Assembly (NCBI GenBank): GCA_002716285.1
Contig: PBAM01000010.1
Coordinates: 15,403-79,402, forward strand
Source: Acidimicrobiaceae bacterium
GTDB taxonomy: Bacteria > Actinomycetota > Acidimicrobiia > Acidimicrobiales > MedAcidi-G1
Direction: 5' to 3'
DNA length: 64,000 bases
Part shown: positions 38,182 to 47,655 of the stretch, one piece after another
How the letters are laid out: every line of letters starts with the position of its first letter
Numbering within the stretch: the stretch's first letter is position 1
Position numbers and translations under genes: made by a program
The notes under the pieces: model-generated
The model's input: the letters and a program-made list of their open reading frames with translations, nothing else
Told to the model about the DNA's origin: nothing
Databases searched by the model: none

Positions 38182-39126
38182 ATGTCCGATTCTGAAAATA
38201 TTTTAAACCCAGCACAACAAGAAGTAATTGAACATCTCGGGGCTCCGCCGAAAGATCGCCCATCTTTTGAAACTGATCTTAAACAACACTTAAGAAAAGC
38301 CTTGGAGACTGCAGTCGCTCATTGCATGGAAGAACTTCCAAATGATGAAAGTATTTTCTTATCAAAACATCGATTGTCTCAAGTTCATGGATGTGAAGAG
38401 AAATTCTTAGCTGAGGAAAATGAAGATTTCGAATGGCAGGTGGCGACAGCTAGAGGAACGATTGTCCACAAGGCAATCGAGCTTTCCGTTAACTGGCGTA
38501 AAGAAATAGAACCTGCTGTCATTGTGGATGAAGCAGTCTCACGATTTGAAGAAGATTCAAATAGTCTTGGCCACTGGTTGCGTGGTTGCAATGAAATAGA
38601 AAGGGCCGAACTGCGATCAATCTCAGTGGACACTTTCACCAAGTTTTTAGAATGTTGGCCAACCTTGAAGCCGTCCTGGCGACCTGTTGCTGAAAGTCGC
38701 GTCAGAGCCGACCTTTGCAACGAACGCCTAATACTTGCTGGGAAGGTTGATTTAACCCTGGGAGTGGCAGAAGGTCAAAAAGCAGGAAAGGTAATTGTTG
38801 ATTTCAAGACAGGTGGTTTCAATGCAACGCACCATGAAGATCTCAGGTACTACGCTCTTGTTGAAACCCTCAGGATAGGGATACCGCCCAGACTTGTAGC
38901 TTCCTACTATCTAGATCAAGCGGATTTTGTTCCTGAAAAAGTCACTGAAGAACTTCTCGAATCAACTGTGAGACGAATAGCTCAAGGAGTCGAACGGATA
39001 GTTGAAATTACCTACATGGAAAAAACTCCGGTGTTGAAACCAGGACCGTCGTGCAGGTGGTGTCTGATTTCAGATGATTGTGATACTGGACAAAAATACA
39101 TAAACGAGGCTGACGGTAACAACTAA
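38182..39126 (+). CDS. PD-(D/E)XK nuclease family protein (RecB/AddB/Cas4-like)
   Basis: RGTIVH, E, GKVDL, IVDFKTG, YY; Cys set HGC...CRWC...C; start ATG 38182 after GAGG. Confidence 0.85.
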   Translation: MSDSENILNPAQQEVIEHLGAPPKDRPSFETDLKQHLRKALETAVAHCMEELPNDESIFLSKHRLSQVHGCEEKFLAEENEDFEWQVATARGTIVHKAIELSVNWRKEIEPAVIVDEAVSRFEEDSNSLGHWLRGCNEIERAELRSISVDTFTKFLECWPTLKPSWRPVAESRVRADLCNERLILAGKVDLTLGVAEGQKAGKVIVDFKTGGFNATHHEDLRYYALVETLRIGIPPRLVASYYLDQADFVPEKVTEELLESTVRRIAQGVERIVEITYMEKTPVLKPGPSCRWCLISDDCDTGQKYINEADGNN

Positions 39127-40373
39127 TTTATTGTGTTTAAATTACTAAATTTACCCCGAGCCCATAAGATGATCGCCGAAAGCGCCAAGATAGAGCCGCT
39201 TAAAGCAACGACTGGGCGTGGACCAAATATGGAAACCAGCCAGCCCATAGCAAGACCTGCGAAAGGTGCGGGACCTAAAACCCCCACAAGGTAAATTGCC
39301 ATAACTCTTCCCCTCATCTCTTCATCAACCTGCAATTGAACTACTGAATTCAAATTCGAAGCTGAGGTTAAATGCATAATTCCTAAAATACCTAGAGCAC
39401 AAAAAGCCACCGCATATGAAGGAGCCACCGCAAAAAGAATGACTGCTAAGCCGTATCCAACTGTTGCTATTACTTGCTGAACAGAAGGTTTCAGATAACT
39501 TACGTAACCCGTCACAAGAGGAACCACCAATACCGCTCCGATACCTTGAGCGGAACCTAAAAGACCAAATAAGAAAGGTGAAACTTCAAAAACTTCTTCT
39601 GAAAAAACGATAATTTGTTGCACAACAGGAAATCCGAAAGTAGAAATAATCGCTATTGTCAAGATGGCGGCTGAAATCCCAGGTGAATTACGGACATACC
39701 TAACTGATTCTCTGTAATCAGAAATAACCGCTGGTCGGTCGCGACCAGCTTTGAAACTTTCTTCTGGTGAACTCATTAACGAATCTGCTTCCATCAAAAA
39801 AAGACACACAAGCATTGGCCCGTAAAAGAAAACTACGGCAGCGAGAGTCCAACCAGGTCCAGCGAACCCAAGGATTAAGCCTCCAATCGCTGGACCTAAA
39901 GCACGTGCAGCATTGAACTGTGTGGAATTCAATGTAATTGCATTTCGCAGAAGACTTTGTGGTACACATTCAGCTACAAATGCCTGACTAACAGGTATCA
40001 GTAATCCCGAAACTGTTCCATTTAGAAAAAAGATGGCAACCCAGACACCTGGCTCTTTGAGACCCAAACCCCAAGCGATTGCCATCAATCCGGCCATAAA
40101 TGAAGCAACAATATTGGTTGTGATCAATACATTTCGACGATTTAGATTGTCTGAAATCCAACCTGTTAATGGATTGACTACAAGCATCGGTACAAAATTT
40201 GCAAACGCAGTCATCCCAACCCATGAAGCAGATTCTGTAAGTTTGAAAATGATATAGTACGTCGCCACATACTGCGCCCATCGACCATTGTTTTTTAGAA
40301 CCGCTCCGATCCAATACAGGCGAAAATTCTTTACTTTTAATGAATCAAAAATTCCATAAGAAGAAATGGGCAC
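39123..40373 (-). CDS. MFS transporter
   Basis: About 12 hydrophobic segments, NFRLYW, G.ISD.LNRR, NAITLNS.QFNAARALGPAIGG, MRGRVMA. Confidence 0.9.
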   Translation of the reverse strand: MPISSYGIFDSLKVKNFRLYWIGAVLKNNGRWAQYVATYYIIFKLTESASWVGMTAFANFVPMLVVNPLTGWISDNLNRRNVLITTNIVASFMAGLMAIAWGLGLKEPGVWVAIFFLNGTVSGLLIPVSQAFVAECVPQSLLRNAITLNSTQFNAARALGPAIGGLILGFAGPGWTLAAVVFFYGPMLVCLFLMEADSLMSSPEESFKAGRDRPAVISDYRESVRYVRNSPGISAAILTIAIISTFGFPVVQQIIVFSEEVFEVSPFLFGLLGSAQGIGAVLVVPLVTGYVSYLKPSVQQVIATVGYGLAVILFAVAPSYAVAFCALGILGIMHLTSASNLNSVVQLQVDEEMRGRVMAIYLVGVLGPAPFAGLAMGWLVSIFGPRPVVALSGSILALSAIILWARGKFSNLNTIN

Positions 40374-40379
40374 CGTCTG

Positions 40380-40385
40380 ACCTTA
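40380..40385 (-). promoter_or_regulatory. Putative -10 element (TAAGGT), leaderless MFS transcript
   Basis: TANNNT 6 nt before GTG 40373. Confidence 0.45.
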
Positions 40386-40439
40386 TCTATCAAATTTATT
40401 TATAGTGGGAGTTGATAATACTCATGGAAGACTAATGGT

Positions 40440-41216
40440 ATGGAATATTTAAAACTAGAACACAGAGATAGGGTCGCACTGCTCACACTAAATGACCCGG
40501 AACGCAGAAATGTTGTAAGTAACGAATTAAACGAAGAACTGGTATCTACTTTTGACGAATTGGAAAAAAGTGACGACACAGGTGCAGTTGTAATCACGGG
40601 TGAGGGACGCGCATTCTGCGCTGGTGCGATACTTGATGACTTACTAGATGCAGGAGAAATGCAAAAACAAGGAGATGACGCATCACTCCCACATATTTAT
40701 CGCGGTTTTTTACGGATAGCTCATAGCACCCTTCCTACTGTTGCTGCTGTGAATGGTGCTGCTGTTGGAGCAGGGATGAACATGGTCTTAGCCTGCGATC
40801 TTGTCATTGCTGGAGTCTCTGCACGTTTTGACACACGATTCTTAAATATTGGACTCCACCCAGGAGGAGGACATACGTGGCGTCTCAGGAATATCACTAA
40901 TCTGCAGACGGCCAAAGCGATGGTTCTTTTCAATCAAATTCTTGATGGTGAAGCAGCTGCGAAACGTGGATTGGCATGGGAATGTGTTCCTGATGACGAA
41001 CTACTTGAAGCAGCTATAAGTTTTGCATCCGAAGCCGCTTCTCACCCATCTGAATTAGTTGCTTCAACGAAAAATACTTTTAGTGAAACTTCAAAAACTT
41101 TCGACTCGGTTTCTTCAGTCGAATTGGAAGTTGGCCCTCAAAGATTGTCTATGCAACAAAGTGCTTTTACAGACATGGTCGAAGGTTTAAAGAAAAAGAT
41201 CACTAGCGAAAAATAA
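40440..41216 (+). CDS. Enoyl-CoA hydratase/isomerase family protein
   Basis: LNDPERRN, GRAFCAGA, AAVNGAAVGAG, ACDL, IGLHPGGG. Confidence 0.9.
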   Translation: MEYLKLEHRDRVALLTLNDPERRNVVSNELNEELVSTFDELEKSDDTGAVVITGEGRAFCAGAILDDLLDAGEMQKQGDDASLPHIYRGFLRIAHSTLPTVAAVNGAAVGAGMNMVLACDLVIAGVSARFDTRFLNIGLHPGGGHTWRLRNITNLQTAKAMVLFNQILDGEAAAKRGLAWECVPDDELLEAAISFASEAASHPSELVASTKNTFSETSKTFDSVSSVELEVGPQRLSMQQSAFTDMVEGLKKKITSEK

Positions 41217-41223
41217 ATTACTT

Positions 41224-41811
41224 TTACTCCAACCAGCTTAAAGTCATTTCCTTATTGCGTATTTCCCACTCTTCGACTGTCATTGCGTATCTGAGGTGAT
41301 CTTCCCAGATTCCATTTATTTCTAAATACTTCTCCGCTAAACCTTCACATCTCAAATCAAGTTTTTCAACCACACGGCGCGAAGAATTGTTTCGAGGAAC
41401 AATTGATACTTGAAGGCGGTGAAGATGCAGCTCTTCAAAGGCAAATTTAAGTATCACCACTAGAGCCTCGGGTGTATAACTATTTCCGGCACAATTCTCA
41501 TCAATCCAATAACCGACATGACCACTTTGGAAAGCTCCGCGCGTAATATTTGAAATATTTATTTCACCTATAAATTTTGCAGATAAAAAAATGCCAAATG
41601 ACCAAGCTGATCCTAAGTTCATTTCTCTTTCTCTGTTTGTGCAGCGACTTTCGAAATAGTATCTATCTTCCAACGAGTCAGGTTTTTTTAAATTTTGCCT
41701 AGGTTCCCAGAGGACCAACCAGTCGAAATTAGAAAGTCTCATATCGCGCCAAGATTCAAAATCTTCAGGAGACAACGGTCTAAGTTCTACACGACGGCCT
41801 TTCAATAGCAA
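41224..41811 (-). CDS. rimJ: RimJ-like ribosomal-protein-alanine N-acetyltransferase (GNAT)
   Basis: WEP, RGAFQS..VGYWID, LHRL, PRN..SRRVVEKL, YLEING.WEDH. Confidence 0.82.
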   Translation of the reverse strand: MLLKGRRVELRPLSPEDFESWRDMRLSNFDWLVLWEPRQNLKKPDSLEDRYYFESRCTNREREMNLGSAWSFGIFLSAKFIGEINISNITRGAFQSGHVGYWIDENCAGNSYTPEALVVILKFAFEELHLHRLQVSIVPRNNSSRRVVEKLDLRCEGLAEKYLEINGIWEDHLRYAMTVEEWEIRNKEMTLSWLE

Positions 41812-41876
41812 AATTAGCCTTCCTTTTAGATTCCCAAAATAACCATAGATATTATTTTAAATTATTTCAGAAATAA

Positions 41877-42806
41877 TTACTTGTTGTAATCATGAAGCAT
41901 TGAATACAAAATACCGTCCAGAATGTCTGACTCTGATACCAGGCATTCTGTTAACTCTAGTTGTCTCATCACTTTGACAAGAATTGCTGTACCAGCGACA
42001 ATTACATCTGCTCTGTCTTCCTCAAGACCGGGATTAGATATTCTTTCAAGTCTATTTTCAGTAGCTAAAGTTCTGAAAACATCCTCAACTGCATCTTTTA
42101 ATAGATGAAAATGGTGAATTTTTTCTCTATCATATTTTTCTAAACCTATTTCGATAGCCGCTACGCAAGAAACAGTTCCAGCTAGTCCCACTAGAGTAAC
42201 CCCATTTCCAATGTCGGGAATTTCTCGTAAAGCATCATCGACATGTCCTCCTATAACACTCAAACAGGCGTGCAACTCTTCCGGCAACGGTGGGTCATTG
42301 TCAAAAAACTCCTCTGTAAGACGCACACAACCAATTTGAGAAGAGTGGACGTTTTCAGCTTTTTCATTCCCGAAGACGAATTCAGTAGACCCTCCTCCGA
42401 TATCCAAAATTAAAAAGGGTCCCTCAGAAGGTTCCAACTCAGCAATTGCGCCTTCAAATGACAAGCGTCCCTCTTCTTCACCTGTTAGCAGTTCCGGTCT
42501 TACACCGATTGTTGATTCGACTTGATTGAAGAATTCTTCACTGTTGCTGGCGTCGCGTGCTGCAGATGTGGCGACCATGCGTACTTCTGAGACTTTATGT
42601 GCGTCTAAACTCCGGCGAAAATCTTTAAGAACATCAAGCACACGCGACATCGCCTGGTTCGAAAGTTCTCCGCTCTCATCTAAATCCTGACCTAAACGCG
42701 TGATCTTCATTTTTCTATCTAAAGTCTCGAATTTGTTACCGATTAACAAACGGGTCGAATTTGTACCACAATCTATGGCTGCATAGTTATGGTCATTCAT
42801 CTGCAT
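41877..42806 (-). CDS. ppx: Ppx/GppA family exopolyphosphatase (Ppx2)
   Basis: AAIDCGTNSTRLL, ATSAARDASN, DIGGGSTE, GCVRLTE, RADVI, SESDILDG. Confidence 0.92.
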   Translation of the reverse strand: MQMNDHNYAAIDCGTNSTRLLIGNKFETLDRKMKITRLGQDLDESGELSNQAMSRVLDVLKDFRRSLDAHKVSEVRMVATSAARDASNSEEFFNQVESTIGVRPELLTGEEEGRLSFEGAIAELEPSEGPFLILDIGGGSTEFVFGNEKAENVHSSQIGCVRLTEEFFDNDPPLPEELHACLSVIGGHVDDALREIPDIGNGVTLVGLAGTVSCVAAIEIGLEKYDREKIHHFHLLKDAVEDVFRTLATENRLERISNPGLEEDRADVIVAGTAILVKVMRQLELTECLVSESDILDGILYSMLHDYNK

Positions 42807-42821
42807 GCTTTCATCTTTGCC

Positions 42822-43283
42822 TCAGTAGTCGACTCCCTTTAAGGCTTCATCAACCCATACACCTATAGGGTCATCTCCACCTGCTAGGAACCACGCATAG
42901 TGGGCATGCAAGCATTTAACACCTTTTCGTGTCCCACCGACTCCACCTGATGGTTGAGGGCCATTATACGAATCAGGTAGTTGTAAATCCCTTTCCTTGC
43001 CATATCTATCGTGTGCCTCTTTGATGGATTTAGAATCACATTCTTTTTCTGCTTGTTTAACTCCACCTTGTGATTCTAACGTTCCTATTTTGCTCCTGAG
43101 AAGAGGGTCGACCAACCAATACAGTGTTGGCATAGGTCTTCCGTTAGGCAACAAAGGACTGTTACGAATAACACGCGGATTGCCCAAGTCGTCTCTAACG
43201 ACCACCGTAAATGAACCTTCAGGCTTGCGACCGAGACTCGCTGTTACAAAAACTAGGTCTTCTTTTGTCGGTTCCTTATCCAC
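42822..43283 (-). CDS. DUF501 family protein (Rv1025-like)
   Basis: LGR.P, PMPTLYWL, LES.GG, GVGG...VKCLHAH, DP.G; adjacent to ppx as in other actinobacteria. Confidence 0.88.
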   Translation of the reverse strand: MDKEPTKEDLVFVTASLGRKPEGSFTVVVRDDLGNPRVIRNSPLLPNGRPMPTLYWLVDPLLRSKIGTLESQGGVKQAEKECDSKSIKEAHDRYGKERDLQLPDSYNGPQPSGGVGGTRKGVKCLHAHYAWFLAGGDDPIGVWVDEALKGVDY

Positions 43284-43837
43284 CCTGGCACTAACTTCTT
43301 TCCAATTGAGCTACCAGCAATGCTGAGTAAATCTATTGCTTCTGAATCTTGGTTACTTGAATCTTCTGATTGACTATCCTGAGAATCTCCACCTTCGGAT
43401 AGAACTAGTTCACTTAAATTATCAGCAAATTGACCCATCAACTTTTTACTAATATCAGCCATAACACCTCGTCCGAACTGAGCTACTTTGCCCGTTATCT
43501 TCAAGTCTGTAACAACATTCACACGTGTGCCCTCCGCTGTTGATTCCAAAGATGCTGTTATATCAGCCGCTGCGTTACCCGCACCACGTGTATCACGTCC
43601 TTCTCCTCTAATTACCACACGATGGTTGGAATCATCTTTCTCGACGAACTTTGCAACACCTTTATATTGTGCTGTTATCGGACCAACCTTGACTTTGACG
43701 AAGCCCTTATATTCATCATTTTCGACTTCTTCCAACTGGGCACCAGGTAAACAAGGTGCAATCAACTCAACGTCATTGATAACTTCCCAAACTTTCTCGA
43801 TAGGTGCCGATACTTCAAAATCGTTATTTAACTCCAT
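43253..43837 (-). CDS. coxG: CoxG-like SRPBCC protein
   Basis: IAPCLPGA, VKVKVGPI, GRDTRGAGNA, GKVAQFGRGV, QFADNL. Confidence 0.88.
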   Translation of the reverse strand: MELNNDFEVSAPIEKVWEVINDVELIAPCLPGAQLEEVENDEYKGFVKVKVGPITAQYKGVAKFVEKDDSNHRVVIRGEGRDTRGAGNAAADITASLESTAEGTRVNVVTDLKITGKVAQFGRGVMADISKKLMGQFADNLSELVLSEGGDSQDSQSEDSSNQDSEAIDLLSIAGSSIGKKLVPGWIRNRQKKT

Positions 43838-44385
43838 TGTTCCAAATCCTTAAATGTGTCGATGTCATTACCGTTCCCCGGGCAGACGATTTCTGTAACT
43901 TTGTGATTACCTCCATTCAACAGGGGTCGTGCTCCGACATCACCTTCTGCTGGTAAATATTCAAAAAACTCTGAGGAAATTTTCGTTGGAGGTCTTCTTT
44001 CTCCATCAAAGGTAGCTACAACTAAATGATCTGGACACTCAGCTACTGAGATCCAGGCCTCTTTTGGAACTCCCGGCATATCTCCGAGTCCTACCACAAC
44101 GGCCTCATGTCCTCTATTTTTTGCCCAACTGGTAGCGACAATCAATGAACTCGATTGACCTGATTCCCAGTCGGGATTGTGTAACTCGGTAGCTTCTTGC
44201 GGTATCAAATCTGAGATATCCACTGAGCCTGTAATTACTACCAATTCGTCCAACTGAGCGCCTACAGCCGAACTAATAGCCCACGAAACAACAGGTTTTC
44301 CTTTGAGGTTTGCGAGTAGCTTATGTCCTTGTTTGTCCCAACGCTCCCCTCTTCCAGCTGCAAGGATTACTGCCGCAACTGTCAT
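43828..44385 (-). CDS. Molybdenum cofactor cytidylyltransferase (MocA-like NTP transferase)
   Basis: ILAAGRG.R, KLL, NPDW.SG.SSSL, LGDMP, GD.GAR, DIDT. Confidence 0.85.
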   Translation of the reverse strand: MTVAAVILAAGRGERWDKQGHKLLANLKGKPVVSWAISSAVGAQLDELVVITGSVDISDLIPQEATELHNPDWESGQSSSLIVATSWAKNRGHEAVVVGLGDMPGVPKEAWISVAECPDHLVVATFDGERRPPTKISSEFFEYLPAEGDVGARPLLNGGNHKVTEIVCPGNGNDIDTFKDLEQWS

Positions 44386-44400
44386 TTACTTAACCGTAAA

Positions 44401-45219
44401 TCAATCATGGATCGGGCCCTTGGTTTCCGATAGAGCGATCGAGGAACGTCCGGTTCTTAAAGCGATTATCTCTGCGACTATCGAAATAGCTGTCTCTTCG
44501 GGAGTTCGGGACCCTATGTCTAAGCCAATCGGCGACCTGAGTCTTGTCATTCCTTCGTCATCAACACCAACTTCGTATAAACGATTTATACGATCTTCAT
44601 GAGTTTTACGTGACCCCATCACTCCTATATAACCAACGTCTGTGGCCAGCGCTGAAACTATTGCTGGAACATCAAATTTTGCATCATGAGTAAGAATGCA
44701 AACAGCATCCCTAGGTCCAAAAGTCTGACCTATTTTCTCTATTAATTTGTTTGGCCACTCAACAATGACTTCATCAGCAAGAGGAAAACGTTGAGTCGTA
44801 GCGAAAATTTCCCTAGCATCACAGACAGTTATCCGGTAACCAAGAACTTTACCTATCTTTACCAAAGCCGCTGTGAAGTCAACTGCTCCGACTATAAGTA
44901 GTTGCGGGGGTTGTATAAATGACTCTACGAATACTTGAACTGTTTCTTCTCTCGCTTCACCGGACTCACCATAGTTCCTGACACCACTACGTCCAGCTGC
45001 AAGCTCTCCTCTTGCATCACGGGAAACCACTCGATCCAAGTCACTGTTTCCCAATGAACCTTCAAAATCAACTCCACTTTTTCCATCAGGGAAAACAATC
45101 ATTTTCTCCCCTACTGGTGGGCCTTTTACTACAGTGACTAAAGCAAAAGATTCCTCTTCATTAAGAAGCTCTTCTACACGATCAAAAATCGAAATATCTT
45201 TTTGAGTTTTTCCGTTCAT
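44401..45219 (-). CDS. XdhC/CoxF-CoxI family Moco chaperone, C-terminal part
   Basis: GSLG, GAVDF, CDAR..FAT, THDAKFD, YIGVMGSR, SPIGLDIG.RTPEETA.SI.AEI. Confidence 0.88.
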   Translation of the reverse strand: MNGKTQKDISIFDRVEELLNEEESFALVTVVKGPPVGEKMIVFPDGKSGVDFEGSLGNSDLDRVVSRDARGELAAGRSGVRNYGESGEAREETVQVFVESFIQPPQLLIVGAVDFTAALVKIGKVLGYRITVCDAREIFATTQRFPLADEVIVEWPNKLIEKIGQTFGPRDAVCILTHDAKFDVPAIVSALATDVGYIGVMGSRKTHEDRINRLYEVGVDDEGMTRLRSPIGLDIGSRTPEETAISIVAEIIALRTGRSSIALSETKGPIHD

Positions 45220-45222
45220 TTT

Positions 45223-45537
45223 TTACCAATCAAGCGGCTCAATAAAAAGATGCACTGTTCCTCCGCAGGTCAATCCCACCGAAAAGGCTTCTTCATCGCT
45301 ATACCCAAAGGAAACAATGTGTCGTTCATTATTCTTAATAACTTCGAGTGCTTCTAGAACAACAGCTCCCTCTACACATCCTCCAGACACAGAACCTGCT
45401 ACTTCTCCTTCTTCAGTTACCGCCATCGCTGCTCCTGGTAATCGTGGTCCAGAACCGTCAAGGTCGATGACTCGCGCAACAGCAATTTTTTTGCCCTGCT
45501 TCTGCCAGCGACGAATATCTTTGACAATTTCTTTCAT
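45223..45537 (-). CDS. XdhC/CoxF family, stand-alone N-terminal domain
   Basis: GSGPR.PGA.M, GSVSGGCVE, GLTCGG. Confidence 0.88.
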   Translation of the reverse strand: MKEIVKDIRRWQKQGKKIAVARVIDLDGSGPRLPGAAMAVTEEGEVAGSVSGGCVEGAVVLEALEVIKNNERHIVSFGYSDEEAFSVGLTCGGTVHLFIEPLDW

Positions 45538-45574
45538 CTTTAAATTAACTCTCTCTTATTATGTCTCTGGTACT

Positions 45575-46696
45575 TCACTTAGTTAGCAGTATTGACAAAT
45601 CTTTAAGTGAATCAAAAGAATTGCCTTCTACAAAATTATCAATATGAGGTAAAGCAGCAGCCATCCCTTTTGCTAGCGGTTCATAATCCGGAGTTGCTTT
45701 TAGAGGATTAGCCCAAACAATTCTATGAGTCACACGATGTAAGCGTTTCATTTGTTCAGCAACTATTTCTGAATCTCCACGGTCCCAACCATCAGAAAGA
45801 ATTAAAACGGTGGCCCCTCTGGCCATTCCTCTAATTCCCCAATGGTCATTGAACTCTTTTATACCTTCCCCTAACCGTGTTCCACCTGACCAATCTTCCA
45901 CAGAGTCGGATGCTCTCTCCAGTGCTACGTCAGGATTTCGTGTAGAAAGTTCTTTAGTTAAACGCGTGAGACGGGTTCCCAGAGTGAAAGCTTCTACATC
46001 TGACCTACCCAGCATCACAGCGTGAACAAATCTTATAAGAACTCTTGCATACACTTCCATCGAACCACTTATGTCCAGTAAAAGAACCAGACGTCTTCTT
46101 CTTTCTCCGTTCTCCTGAAAGTGTTTTTTAACAATCTCGCCACTGGTTCTAAAAGAGGATTTAACACTTTTCTCGAAATCAAACTTTCGGTGTTTTTTGG
46201 TTTTAACCATTCGGCGAGATTTCTTTCTTTCCCCCATGAAGCGGATCTCATTCATCAAATGAAAGAGTTCTTGGAGTTCTGCTCTATTGCAATTTGAAAA
46301 ATCTTTTGAAGAAAGAATCTCCAAATTCGAGTACTTGACACTAAGAAAATCATTTTCTGATTTTGACGAATCTTCAAATTCTGAATCATCGGGTAAATCA
46401 TCGAAAAGAAAATCTAATGCTGGAAGTTTATTTACTTCATCTGCTAAAGAGCCAATGCCTAACCAATGACTTTTAAAAACCTTGTTGTAGATTGGTATAT
46501 CTTCAGGTCTATTTATAAGAGTTGATCGACCAGCCCAGTAAATATCTTCTGAAGAACCTGCTCCGAGTTCTGTGACAGCGAGTCCGAAATCTATTGAACT
46601 ACCTAAAGAAATTTTTACACCCGTATTTCGCAGCAGGTCGACAAAATCAATCAGATGTCTATCGAGAGTCTTCTGCCTATCAATAACTTGATTCAA
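45575..46696 (-). CDS. coxE: CoxE-like VWA domain protein
   Basis: DISGSM MIDAS, GTRLTR, DWSGGTR.G, SDGWDRG, W.NPL. Confidence 0.9.
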   Translation of the reverse strand: MNQVIDRQKTLDRHLIDFVDLLRNTGVKISLGSSIDFGLAVTELGAGSSEDIYWAGRSTLINRPEDIPIYNKVFKSHWLGIGSLADEVNKLPALDFLFDDLPDDSEFEDSSKSENDFLSVKYSNLEILSSKDFSNCNRAELQELFHLMNEIRFMGERKKSRRMVKTKKHRKFDFEKSVKSSFRTSGEIVKKHFQENGERRRRLVLLLDISGSMEVYARVLIRFVHAVMLGRSDVEAFTLGTRLTRLTKELSTRNPDVALERASDSVEDWSGGTRLGEGIKEFNDHWGIRGMARGATVLILSDGWDRGDSEIVAEQMKRLHRVTHRIVWANPLKATPDYEPLAKGMAAALPHIDNFVEGNSFDSLKDLSILLTK

Positions 46697-47608
46697 TTAT
46701 CCTTGACGCACTAGTGAAAGGATTTCATCAAAACCTCTCGAGCGCACCCTTTCTTGATCTTCTCGATACTTGATTAAAGTTCCCAAAGTCTCATCAACTG
46801 AATCTTCGTCTAGATCATCAACTCCAATAGTTACTAATGCTTCTGCCCAGTCAATAGTTTCAGCGACTCCGGGTGGTTTATATAAATCCATCCCTCTTAA
46901 GAAAGCTGCAGCTTTTGATACTTCTTCAGCAAGGAGAAGTGGGACTTTGGGTGCCCTAATTCTAATAATCTCTATTTCTCGTTCTACGTCTGGATGTTCA
47001 ACCCAGTGGTAGAAACACCTTCTCTTCAACGCATCATGTAGATCTCGAGTCCTATTTGAAGTGATAACAACAATTGGTTTAACTTCTGATCGGTAAGTCC
47101 CTAGTTCAGGAATAGTAATCGAATACTCCGAAAGTATCTCCAGGAGAAAAGCTTCGAATTCGTCATCCGCTCTGTCTATCTCGTCAATCAACAAGACAGG
47201 TGGTGGATCATTTTTTACAGAGATCGCCTGCAACAAAGGGCGTCTTATGAGAAATCTTTCGTCGTAGAGTTCCCCTTCTAAAACATCTGTGGAGACATCT
47301 TTAGTTCGACCGCTTGCTTCTGCTGTTCGTAGATGAAGCAGCTGACGCGCGTAATCCCATTCGTAAACTGCTTGATTCGAATCTATGCCTTCATAGCATT
47401 GGAGTCTTATAAGGTCACCATCTGCCCAATTTGATAGAGACTTTGCTAATTCCGTCTTTCCAACTCCGGCTTCCCCTTCTAAAAGAAGAGGTCGATTCTG
47501 CCTAAGAGAAAGGAAAACAGCTGTAGCTAAACCACGATCCGCCAAATAGTTCTGTGTTGACAGTTTTTCTATAACTTTCTCCACCGAAGAAACATCTCTT
47601 AAACCCAT
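46697..47608 (-). CDS. coxD: CoxD-like MoxR AAA+ ATPase
   Basis: GEAGVGKT, RLQCYEG, YEWDY, LIDEIDRAD, TSNRTR.LHDALKRRC, KPPGVAE. Confidence 0.92.
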   Translation of the reverse strand: MGLRDVSSVEKVIEKLSTQNYLADRGLATAVFLSLRQNRPLLLEGEAGVGKTELAKSLSNWADGDLIRLQCYEGIDSNQAVYEWDYARQLLHLRTAEASGRTKDVSTDVLEGELYDERFLIRRPLLQAISVKNDPPPVLLIDEIDRADDEFEAFLLEILSEYSITIPELGTYRSEVKPIVVITSNRTRDLHDALKRRCFYHWVEHPDVEREIEIIRIRAPKVPLLLAEEVSKAAAFLRGMDLYKPPGVAETIDWAEALVTIGVDDLDEDSVDETLGTLIKYREDQERVRSRGFDEILSLVRQG

Positions 47609-47614
47609 AGATTA

Positions 47615-47620
47615 AGACTA
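47615..47620 (-). promoter_or_regulatory. Putative -10 element (TAGTCT), leaderless coxD transcript
   Basis: TANNNT 6 nt before ATG 47608. Confidence 0.45.
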
Positions 47621-47655
47621 GATGTCTTATTTGCTCAGCGGTCAGAAAAAAATCT

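Noticed and set aside
38182-39126. CRISPR-Cas locus
   Set aside because: No repeat-spacer array or other cas genes seen; the nuclease is solo.
45220-45225. Recoding or read-through in the split xdhC
   Set aside because: The stop is TAA, not at a catalytic Cys position, and an ATG follows one codon later.
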